From the NCBI GenBank assembly GCA_965178125.1, contig OZ237771.1, positions 372,001-436,000 of the forward strand: 64,000 bases of DNA, written 5' to 3'. Shown one piece after another: positions 37,121 to 48,444 of the stretch. The position numbers and the translations under genes are program-made. Source of the stretch: Bilabrum cf. latius. Taxonomy: Eukaryota. The notes beneath the pieces were generated by a model, which was not told the DNA's origin, did no database searches, and was given only the letters and a program-made list of their open reading frames with translations. Within the stretch, counting starts at the first letter, position 1. Each line of letters begins with the position of its first letter.

Positions 37121-37630
37121 AGAGAGTCTAAACTAGGTATTAAAAAAAAGATCGAATGGGCCTAGTGTATCTACATTTGAAATCGCTGCCGCTAGAACCC
37201 GGTCACACCCCAGCCCAAAGCCGAGGAAAGCTGATGATTGTATCAGGGAAGCGGGCAGTCTCGTTCGCTTAGGAGCCCCCCCCCCCGCCCATTTCCACCT
37301 TTGGCCCTGGACATCATGTACTCACACGGCCGCTACGGGGATCCAGGGTGGGCCCTGGGTGGCAAACGCGATTGATGTGTACCGTGACGTGACGAAGCCC
37401 CTGACTGGCAGCTGAAGTGGCATCAAGGAACCTAGAGCCGTGGCCCTCTCCAAACTACAGTCCCCGACTATGTTTGGTCTTTCTCTTCCCCTCTAGCTGC
37501 GAGATTCATTGCACGCAGTCGAGACCGGCGCATGCGTACCGTGCCGTAGCCTCATCTAACTGAGTACCCGCCACAACACGCTGGCTGCTGGGGCACCGGC
37601 TATCTGCATCACGCTGCACTGCCACTGCGC

Positions 37631-40600
37631 TCATCCATGCGCCGAGGGTATCGACAGAAGAGCGTAGCAATGCCTCAGGGTCAGTAGCCCGGCTGGGTTC
37701 ACCGGTGGCAGCGCACCGACGTCATTGAGTGGGGCAGAGCTGCATGCCTCATCTTTTGCCGCCTCCTGTAACTCGACCTCTTCAGCTGCCTCATCTCCTG
37801 CTGCCATGCTGCCCCCAGTGGAAACATTCTACGGCAAGATGGTATCTTCACGGTGCTCCTGCGCTGGAAATCCAAGCTTGGACAGGTGCAAGTCGCCAGA
37901 GAGCGCCCGCTCTGTCTCTCGCACAGGAATCCCGAACACGATGGCCAGGGAGGAAGCCAAAAAATCTGCTGGCCTGGCAGTCATGATCGCGCTCCAATCG
38001 AGCTGGAAGCCGGCGGGGAGGGGCAGTTGGTGCGGTAGGGACAGGGCATCGATGGCTGCCAGCAGCCAGGACATTCCTACGCCTGCGGTTCCCCTTGTCA
38101 AAGCACCCAGGTTCACCCAGTAAAAGTACACGAGGAGGGCCCAGGCAGCAACCCGAATCAGTTGCTCCCTAGGGCTTCCCACCGGGTCTCGAACCTGGGA
38201 TCTCGCGGCCTCATCCAGCCGCTGGAAGCAGAAGCTTAGCTCCTCTGCGATGTGCCTCCACCGCTTGGGCGTACCGGCGGTGCGGATCGTAAAGTCACAG
38301 CCGAAGATGGGCTTGGCCTGCAGCGTGACGCGCGTGCCCTCGTAGATCCGACCGCTGCCAGAGTCCTCTGAAGTAGCGTGCACATTGCCGCCCGCCCCAT
38401 TCTCGTCCTCGCCCTCCGCATGCCTTGCTTCCTGCCTCCTGGCTTCGCCGTCCATGTCCAGCTGCTGCATCGCTGCAATCGACGCAAGCACGCCGTCGTC
38501 ATCATCGTCGGTGTCGGTATCATCGTCGTCGATACCAGGGCGGTCGTCACCGTCGGTTTTCTTGCCTTCGTGGCCGCCTGCACCACTGGCACTGGGGCCG
38601 CGTGCACCGGTTCCATCTGCAGCAGCGCGACGATCTGACCCCGCCCTGTCGTCAGAATCCACCGATGGATACTTGGTGCTGTGGCATTCCGTGGACACCC
38701 ACATGTCCCTTTGAATGATCCTGTACACCTCAACGGGATTGTCTGCCTCCAGCACGCGCCTCCTGTCCTCTGGTGTCAGCGCGCTTCCCTTCGAGACCAA
38801 GTCCTTAAACACACGGAACACCCGCGGGAACTGCGAGTAGTACCTTGGGATCCGCTGCTGCCCGCTGATCAGAGGAGTCTGCAGTCCGAAGCCCTATTCA
38901 AATGCAGCGGGGGTCAGCCCGTCCAAGTAGAACACCGGGTCGAAAGGTTCGCTCACCTGCCTCCACCGCACGAGGATGTCAAAGGCATCGCGCCATACGA
39001 ACCAGTGATAGCTCTTCGGCAGAGCACCTTCAAGGCCCAAATCTGTGCCGCCCTTGCCCTTGCCCTTGCCCTTACCATTGAAGACGCCCATGCTTTCTTC
39101 CTTCATCCAGCCGGTCTGCGGCACGAAGGCACTGCTGCCTGCATCTGGTACTGCCATGTGATGGCTCACAGAACGACCTTGTGCAGATTCGTCATCGCCT
39201 GCACCACGGGAGATGCCCGAACCTCCCACACCGCTGCTGCTGGCCCAGGGCACTCTCGCTCTTCTAGTGCCCCACCAGTGCTGCCTGAGGGCCTATGCCA
39301 GCTCGATTGCAGCGAGGCCGCACTGCCGATGCTGCCTTGCGTTGGTGCTGAACGCCTTGCACCTGTACTGCATCAGGGCCCCGCGCCGGTCGGCATCAAG
39401 TGCAAGAGAGAGGGGGGCCTGCGGCAGGATGGCGAGGAGATGGGAACTGGCATCATCTGAAGACCCGGGGATCGATGGCGCAGATCCCCCCGCAGAAAGC
39501 GCCAAAGGCCATGCTGCTGGATCGCCCTGCTATGCGCGGCATACCGCCTAGAGCCCGCCCGCGCGGATCACAGGGTCCCAATGCTTCGCGCACACGCCCA
39601 CGTCGGGCAAACCACTCGTCACACCATCCCCGCTAGCACTCATCACACCGGAATCGCCATACCCCACCAGAGGGGCGGGGATGGTCCTGCAATCCGCCCT
39701 CCCCATCCACAGCATCGCACGCGGATGCATCCAGCCATGCTCAAAGGACTCGTATCTTGCCCTGGCTAGCCGCTGCGACTTTACTCCCGGGCTGCCTGCA
39801 GCGCCTGGGCCGGACGACGCATCCAGCTGCAGAGGAGGCAACCGCCCGAACCTGTGCCTGCAGTCAGGTGCCGCCAGCTCGCCGTGCAGCTGGGTGGGCG
39901 CCATTTCCAGATCGCCCCTGCAGCCCACCATGTTGGCTTCTAGCAGGCCGTCAGCAAGCGCCGCCTCCGACCGACGGCCCGAGCCAGAGGCTGGCGCCAC
40001 CGAGGATGACGAGTGTTTTCCATGGTGGTGTGACGAGTGCGTATGGCGTGTCGCACCGGCAGCCAATCTGCCAGCGATGGCAGGCGACACGGGCACCGGG
40101 ACGGAGTCAGGCCTCACTGCAGCCAGGGGCGGGTCCCTGAACCCAGCGGGGCGCTGGCTCTTTCCCAATCGCTTTGCGAAGCACTCCTTCACCAGCGGCG
40201 CAGTGGAAGAATCCAGGCTGCAGGATGCCACGGGCTCGTCCAGTTTGGCCCCCATGGCCGCGGCCCACGCCATCTGGTGGTATCCGACATGCTTGTCGTC
40301 GGTCGCAAACGCCATCGCGTACACGTGGAGGGCAGCGCGGATGCGTCCCATGGCGTGCATGCACATTGCCCTGAGGAACAGCACCTCCCGCTCCTGCTGC
40401 AGCATCTTCTCTCCGCTCTCCAAGAGGGCTGCCATCCCAGGCTGCTGCAGCCTGCTCCTGAGGTGCTGCGCCCGGGACCTGACCACGTCTTCCGCAATCC
40501 TGACCGATGCCTGCAGGTTGCTGTACGTGAAGGGGAGCGAGTCGGGCGAGGAGGAAGCGGAGCTCGCGTCCGGTGGACTCCCCGGCTGCAGAGCGGGCAC

Positions 40601-43600
40601 CGCCAGAGACGCCAGATCCAGGTATGCCTATGCATCCACTGCAGGTCGGGAAACAGTGGGAGAGGGCGCGGGTGCGCCATCACCAAGCGTGGGCGGTACC
40701 TTAGCGGAGATGACCATGTACCCCGCGCATCGGAATGCAGCGTCTCTGGCATGAGCACTGTCCACGGCTGCGTCTGTCTAGACCGCAACAGGATGCAGCT
40801 GCTCTTGTTGCTGACTAACGTTTGCTCTTGATACAGCTTCGGGGCCGTGGGATGTGCCCACGCCTGCCCCTGCCCCTGTTCCTGCGCCTGCACCTGGCGA
40901 CACTTCGCCGGTTACGATGGTCGCGGCTTCGCCCCGCGCTTCGGAAGGTGTGGACACATCCCCTGCAGGCAAGGTACCGCTATCCATGCGTCCGTGCCTG
41001 CCCCGTCCCTTTCCCTTGCGTCGCCTGGTACCGCCTGACCTCCTGAGTGGCGGGCTCGATGTGGCAGGGACGCTGCTGCTGCTGCTCGCAGTACCACCTT
41101 TTGAATTTGCGGGTGTGCCCCCGGAGCCCGTCTTGGCAGATGTACCTGCCGCATGGGTGTTTTCCAACGAGCTGGCTGCTTCTTGACTACTCATCACACC
41201 GCTGTACATGGCACCGAGGGCCCGTCTGCTGGCCATGGCCGCGTCCTGCACACGCACCCCACTCTTCCCATCCACATGCCATCTGAGACCATTCTGCGGC
41301 GATGCCCCTGCCGCGAGTGCCTAAGCACCTGCAGCACCTGCACCTGCAGCACCTGCACCTGCAGTAGCACCAGCAGTCTGCTCCTGTCCGGCGGAAGCGC
41401 TCCCCCCACCGGCCTCCGCCCCGCCGCCTCCTTGCCCGCGGGCAGTCCTACCGGCCCGTCCCCTCCGACGCACCCCCTCACTCGTCACACTTCTCCACGC
41501 CACCTTGGGGTCGGACAGGCGGGAGGAAGGCAGCCTGCCCGCGCTGGTGGCCGCCCGGTGCCTCTTGACCAAGGGGGTGAGATCACCCCCCATGTCAACG
41601 CATCTGACTGCCTCCAGGACGCATCCGTCCCCCGTGGCATCCGCGATCAGCTGAAGACACGAGTCACAGTCATGTAGGGACATATAGTGCTGTCCCCTGG
41701 TGTGACGAGAGAGGGCCCGCTGGTAGAAGAGGTCGATGGCTTCGATGTGGTGGTTGCAACCGAGGGTCAGAAGAGCCTCGCTCTCCCCGAAGCGTCCCCC
41801 CGTCCGGAGGGCCCCTGCGTACCTGCTCAGCAGACGACGGGTGTGAGCCGCACCAACCCTGAGGGCATCCGCCATGGCCCAGGCAACCTCGAAGGCAGCC
41901 CACGCGGCCTCATGTCGCCCCGTCTCAGCGAGGCAAGTCCCCAGGCTCTCCCACCCGTTGAGCAGCTCCACGTCCTGGGGCTGCTGGTGCTGGCTGGGCT
42001 CGGGCCTGCCAGTGTCCAGCTGCACGAACCTGTGCGGCGGCGGTCTCGTCTCCCTGGCCTTCTGCCGCTTGGGGTCACTGTCCGCCCGCTCGTCTTCCTT
42101 GGCCTGCGCGTTGTGTCGCTCGCGGGCTCTCGGGTCCATGGGGCAGCCGATCCTCAGCAAGGCCCTCTCCTCCATGGCAGCGTCCTGGTCTTCAAGCATC
42201 TCTGTGTCCGTCACTGGCATCAGCCGCATGGCTCGACGGATCTGCACGCCGCTCAGCCAGCGGGTCTGTTGTTGGGAGCCAAAGCCCGATGCCCAGGGCA
42301 TGGTCCAGTTGGGCTGGTACAGTCCCGGCAGCATCACGTGACCTCGCTCCGCCCGTGTGACCCACTGGTTCTTGCGCCAGGTGCCGTCCCCGCACAGTAC
42401 GCTAGGTGCGGCCAGCTGCTCCACGGGAAGAAACTCCCGTTTCCTCGCTTCGATCGGGCTGAACGGCGCGTCGATGCACGAGTATCTGTCCCTGTGGCAC
42501 CCGTCCATCCACTCCTCCAGCCGAGGGTCACCCTCCCAGTCAGCCTGCCCGCACCCGTACGCCACGATCCCGCGGGCGTCGCGCAGGGGCTCCAGGGGCG
42601 GCGTGAAGCCTCCGCTGCTGCTGTTGCTGGGCTCTGCCGACATGGTGCTCATCTACTACCTGATGGAAGATTCGTCGCCTTCTCCGTCCCACGTGTGCCG
42701 CATGAGCCCTGGGGGAGTGGAGTACACCGTCATCCAGTCGGTTCGCTTGGCCTTGGTCCACACGGCCTCGACCGCCGGGTCCTCTAGCCTGGTGTAGCGC
42801 CTGTCGCCGGCGTTCATCTTCACGAACAGGTCGGGGATCCCCCTCGCCCTGTCCCTCTTGTGCTGCATGCCCCAGGGAACAACGATCCCCAGATCGGTCT
42901 GGGTCTCAGCGTACATGTGCAGCACCTGCGAGTTCTGGCACGCGTTCAGCAGCACCCACGCGCCCGGCACGTCCACCGCCCGCCGCAGCCTCACGGCGGG
43001 CACTTTGAGACCGAGAGCCACCTCGTAGTCGGTGATGGCCGCCTCGTAGTCCTTGAGCGAGAGCAGCAGCCGGGCGCGGAAGAGTCGGTAGAATGGCACG
43101 CGGGGCGCCATGCGGACACACATGGTCACGTCGGCCAGGGCCTGGGGCAGCCTCTGCAGGGCAAAGTGGGCTTGGGCCCTGTGGGACCACGCATCTAGAC
43201 TCGTCACATCGAGGCGGATCGCAAGGGTTAGGTCAACCAGAGCCGCCTGGTACTTTTCTTGCATGCTGAGCGCGGTGCCGCGTGTGACGAGTGCGTCGTG
43301 TAGCAGGGGGGCCTCCCGCAGGAGCTTGTTGAGCCCCGATATGCACTGGTCCAGCCGACCGAGAACCAGCAGCTGCTTGCAGACCTTCGCTTTGGCGAGG
43401 GCCTGCTTGAGATCGAGGCTGGCGGTGCCCCCGTACTTGATGGCGGCAAGCACCACCTGATTCACGTACTTCCCGGTCGCGTGCTCCTCGTCTGGCGGGT
43501 GCTCCGTGATCTGGGGCAGGTCGAGGAGCTCGAAGCTCCGTGCTTCTTCGTGGAACACACTATCCGGTCCATTCAATTTGGAGATGGTTGCAAACAGGCC

Positions 43601-46600
43601 GTGCTGCGCATTGACCGACAGCGGGAGGACGCGCATGCCGCCGTTGCCCAGTTTCTGATCGCGATCGTACCGCTCGAACGTTCGCTAGGCCTGGGACGGC
43701 TCAGGGGCGTGGATGCCCCTCTCCCGCCACTCGCTCGCATCTGCCGGCACTTCCCCCATGCTCTTGAGCATCGCTTCCTGTAGGGACGCGGGGCGCCCGA
43801 ACTGCCTCTGCTGGAACCCAAAGGACCCTTGCGGGCCCTGATGGCCCTACGGCTGCTCGGGAAATGAGAAGAACCTGGCCCTAGGCACGTAGGGGCCGAA
43901 GGTGTGCGCCTTGTGGTGCCAGCGGGCGTCTGACTTGTCCATGGCAAACGCTGCGAGGTTCATGCTTCTCTTCACCATGGATGGCAGGTTGTCTCCGCTT
44001 TCCTGCTGCCTTCGCAAGTACAGCGCGATGCTGACTGCGGCCCGATCGCTGCCTAGGATGTGCGGCATGATGACTCGCATGTTGGCGAACCTGTAGTCGT
44101 GCCACTGAATCTGCTGCTCCATGAGAGCCTGCTGTTCCGATGCGGTCATTCGGTGCCCAAACATCTTCTCGTGTTCGGCAATCACGTCCTGGCTGACGAC
44201 GGGAGGGAGCCCTCTTCGTATCCTGTCAAGTTCTGCCGCGAGCTGGACCGACTTGGTACACACAGATGCAATCTCCGAGCGGAGCTTGACCGGGGCAGGG
44301 GACGGGGACGGGGACGGGCCGGATCTGGAGTTGTTCCAGGTCTCTTGGTCATCGGCTACGATGTACTGGCTGTCATCGAGCTTCAGATGATCCATCGCGA
44401 CTTTGATGATCCGATGCAGGGGGTTGCAAAGCACGTGGGCGTCGCTGCGCTGGTCGACCCCCACAGGCACGATGGGCAGCTCACACACCATCGGGCGGTC
44501 GCCCTTCATCACAAGCCCATGAATAATCGTCTCGAGCATTGCCGGGTTCGCAAATCCGTTGCGCGTCAGAGCGGCGAACACATCAGCAAGTGCAGACTCG
44601 GTGTCATCGGGCGCGGGGGCGGCAGCTGCGCTGGAAGCATCCATCGGGTACAGCTCTGCCTCCACCCGTGGGAAATGGATCTCCGCCAGCCTGATCTGCT
44701 TGAGCGCAAAGTTGTACTCGCGCAGTGTTGCGTCCAGCGCTGCTTCTTCCACAGGCGCAGACGGCAGCTTAAAGATTCCCATGCCGCTCGCCTCTGTCAC
44801 CTGCGCCAGCGCCGTGGTGGACTTGATCGAACCCTTCTGCCTACTCGCAGTACTCGCGCCGATCCCGAGCTCTCCCAATACCGCGGTACGGCCAATATCA
44901 GTGAGCCGCTACTGCCTGTACATGGTCAGCGCGACAGAGAGGGCGCGGGCGACGAGCGTCTGGCCCTCGGGCTGCCCCGCACCGGGGCCCATGGCGGCAG
45001 ACCCGCGGCCGTCCAGCGGCTCATTGGGACGGCCTGCGAGCGCGCTGACACGGTCAGCGGCTCGGCTAGCCAATAGAGACACCCGCTGCCCTGTTGTCGG
45101 GTCAGGCACCGCATACTACCAGGTGCTGCTCGCCTGATGCTAGTGCTCTCCATCTTCATGGCCGGAGACAGCCGCTGGCAGGGCCCGCTGGTGCTGGTAG
45201 ACCAGGTCGAGCTGTGCTGGTGCGACAGGGGCTTGCTTGGGACCCGCATGCGGGATCGGGTCGCTTCCCATCGGGACAGCGGGTGGTGCTCCGATTCGAA
45301 GTGGCGCGAACTCGCCGAGCCCTCCGTCAGTCCCTGTCCCCACCAGCCGACGGATGGTCTGAAACCCCGCGGCCACCTTCGCGTTCTTCGTGTGGATCCC
45401 CACTGGGTTCCTGGTCTTTGTGAACCAGTCCTGCTGCCCAAGTGCAAGCGTCCTGCCCTCGTCTAGCAGGCGGTATGATGGATCATCCTGCCACACGATC
45501 GATGGAAGCGGCTCGCCGGGCTTCGTAATGGGAACCGTCTCCACCACGCCCCGTAGCAACGACGAAAATCGGGCGGCGGCAGCATACGTGCGCTGATCCA
45601 CGGGCTGCCAGCACAGCCCCGGGATCTGCTGTGCCACCTGCAGCCCCCCACCCCTGCGAGGGGCAGGCGGCCTGGCTGCTCCAGCGGGCGGAGTAACTGC
45701 TGTTGATGCTGGTGCTGTCGATTCTGCCTGTATGGGTGCAGCCGAACGAAGCTTAGGCTCCAGGTCGGGCTCCAGATTGGAAGACTGTACCGGCGCTGGC
45801 GCTGGCGCTGGTGCTGGCGCTGGTGCTGGCGCTGGTGCTGGCGCTGGTGCTGGCGCTGGTGCTGGTGCTGGTGCTGGCGCTGGCGCTGGCGCTGGTGCTG
45901 GTGCTGGTGCTGGTGCTGGTGCTAGCGCAGGTGCTGGCGCAGGTGCTAGCGCAGGTGCTGGTGCTAATACCGGCGCTGGCGCAGGTGCTGGCGCAGGTGC
46001 TGGCGCAGGTGCTGGCGCAGGTGCTGGCGCAGGTGCTGGCGCAGGTGCTGGCGCAGGTGCTGGCGCAGGTGCTGGCGCAGGTGCTGGCGCAGGTGCTGGC
46101 TCAGGTGCTGGCGCAGGTGCTGGCGCAGGTGCTGGCGCAAGCCCTGCCATAGGTTCTGCCGGTCGTGGCCGAGTCCCGATCTCAGCATTTGCCTTCATTG
46201 AGCCTGCTATGTTGCTTGATGATTGCAGTTCACCTTCTGCGTCCCCTTTCTTGCTACCCGGACTTCTATGCTGGCGTACCTCTGGCTGCGCCGAATCGGT
46301 CGCCAGCGTTTCAGGAGCGTCTAAATCATACAACATCTGCTAAAGACTCATAACAGCCGAAACTGATGAACCAGGAGACGCAGCTCTCAAACCATCATGC
46401 AAGGCTTGAATGGCCTGTGTTGTTTTGCCTCGTTTTCGCTCCCCTCGAGCAACGACCAGGTAGGCGTCCAATAAATCTCTAGATAACGCGATCGCGGCTT
46501 TGCCATCCGTAATTGCCCTTCGTGTCATGCCCCTTCCCAAGTACGAGTTTGCGCGATGAACCAATACATTTGCGCGCACACTGTCGCTGTGGCCTGGCTC

Positions 46601-46702
46601 AGCGAGCGAAGCTGTCAGCTATCTCACTGCCTCTGCGTATGAGCCGCGGGCACCGGCCATGATACCCTACACTATACTACTTCCATCGTGAGCAGCCGCC
46701 AT
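37631..46702 (-). CDS. Giant TPR protein of the TTC13 / SRFR1 family (about 3020 aa)
   Basis: Twelve listed ORFs lie in one frame, separated only by 18 TAGs, with no TAA or TGA over 9 kb. TPR repeats. C-terminal family motifs [38 protein letters not shown] and [14 protein letters not shown]. Ends TGA at 37631. Confidence 0.85.
45791..46140. repeat. 6/12-bp tandem repeat encoding a long (Ala-Pro)n tract
   Basis: (gctggc/gctggt)n followed by (gcaggtgctggc)n, within the TTC13-like CDS. Confidence 0.95.
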
Positions 46703-47227
46703 TGGGGCAAGCTGTGGCCAACGAATCAATCGGAGGGTAGAGAGCAAGATGAAGACCAAAAAAAGAGCAACTTTCAGATGCTGGCATTTGGCAAGTATGT
46801 CAGGGATTCGAATGAAGAATAGCACTGTTGTATCCGTAGCTATCATTGGAATCATATATGCTGCGCTCCGAATGCAGAATAGCATGTCCCAGGAACGCCC
46901 GGACAAACAAAGGTAATACACTATTGTCCGCTTGAAACTTGTCCCGTTGTCCAGCTTTAGTATGACTTGTGGTTTACTCCAGTTTGATCCAATTTCACAG
47001 ATAGCATGTTCTGTCCCTGAAAGACTAGGTAGCCAGTCAAGGGGCCAGACAGCCAAAACTGCAGGCAAGGCAGGCCGCGGCAGCAAGTGCACCTGCTCGT
47101 GGCGGCGGCTCGCAGGTGATTCTCGCAGTGAAGCCGAAGCCAGCCCAGCCAGTATTTGATGAAGGACTTGGTGATGGTTCAAATAGAAGATAATGCATCG
47201 TGGACTGTGTTTGTGTCTCTCAGCCAG

Positions 47228-47669
47228 TCAACTACTGCCAGGCGGCCGAGCACCAGATTCTTCATCGCCACCAATGCCACTACCAGCAGAAGAACCATCC
47301 TATTCGCCAGAGCGATTTGTCTGAATGAGCTCTCCAGTGGCATCACACCCTAGCCTCTCCAGCTCGATCAAAATCTCCGCCTGTGGGACGGGAGCAGCGG
47401 CCCGCAGCCCGAGCCTCGCCCTCGCCGCCTGCCTGGCGTCAAACCTTCGCCGAGCGGCGAGAATCTCGCGGTCGCTCGTCCATCGCTCGTTCATGTCACG
47501 AACCTCGACAGCCCCTGGGTCTGCACCAGACTTTTTGGGTGCATCGGACTGTAGTGCATCGCCTCTACCCTGGGGGTTCGGCTGCTGCACTGTACCCCCG
47601 TCTGCGGATCCAGCACCAGCCAAGCTCGACGCCGTTGCATCGTCTCCAGAAACTATGCCGCCTTCGGCC

Positions 47670-47712
<43 letters not shown>

Positions 47713-48352
47713 TTGCTCCTGCTCCTGCTCCTGCTCCTGAAGCAGCAGCTCCTGCCCTCCTCCTCAATGCCTCCTCTTTCAGTTGTGCCGATGTTGCCAC
47801 CAGCACGCCCTCTTCCACCTGATCGCCCCTCTGCTCACGTATACGCTGCTATTCTACCTTCCGGGCCTAGGCCTTAGCGAGCAGTTTGCCAATATACCGG
47901 CTTTGGGGTTTCCCAGTCCCAGCTTTGCCTAATTCTGCCGGCTTGCCAAGCGACAATCCGTTGGCTATCGAGCTGTGAAGCCCGCTCGAATCTGCTGCAA
48001 AATGACTGGCCGTAGATGCCCGTGTCTATTGCGGTAATGTCTACGGCAAACTAGGCGCAGAGATCGCTGGGGACGGTGCACCGGGAAGGCCCCCCGAGAC
48101 AAGCGGAAGCGCCTTTGACATCATATCTCGCGGACGTTTCAAGCCCGGTTTACTTGTAGATTTCGTAGTTGATGGTTTACTGGTGCGCTGCTGAAATGAG
48201 CTGGCTCCAAGCTTTCGTATGGGCTTGGCTGCAGCTAGTTTTGGTCTTTGGGCTTTAATTGCCTGCTATCGTCGTTTGTTAAACAATGGACCAGCATCAT
48301 CATCACTATCGGAATCACCAGTTCCAAATACACTGGCTAAACCTTTCTTCAT
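47228..48352 (-). CDS. NSRP1/CCDC55-like (DUF2040) nuclear speckle splicing regulator
   Basis: MKKGLASVFGTGDSDSDDD start and KPQSRYIGKLLAKA*ARKVE*QRIRE, resembling the KPKYIxxLLKA..RKKEQE motif. Six TAGs hide most of it from the ORF track. Ends TGA at 47228. Confidence 0.65.
47670..47737. repeat. 6-bp tandem repeat (CCTGCT)n encoding (Ala-Gly)n
   Basis: Seen directly, inside the NSRP1-like CDS. Confidence 0.9.
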
Positions 48353-48444
48353 GTTATTTATGTTGTAATCGCTTGCCGCCGTCCGCTCTCCGCCAATTCA
48401 CTCCACAGACCGGAACACGCCGAACTGGGGCCACCCACCCAGAT

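Noticed and set aside
37021-37140. A tRNA (possible UAG-decoding tRNA-Gln) on the minus strand, suggested by A-box and B-box-like words
   Set aside because: I could not build a cloverleaf or CUA anticodon arm, and I recognised no tRNA anywhere in the window.
37220-37265. U3 snoRNA, RNase MRP or hammerhead ribozyme (GAGGAAAG, CTGATGA, GGCAGTCT words)
   Set aside because: Only isolated short words match. The required box order and core elements are missing.
45811-46188. (VLAQ)n and (QHLR)n ORFs
   Set aside because: They are alternate-frame readings of the Ala-Pro tandem repeat.
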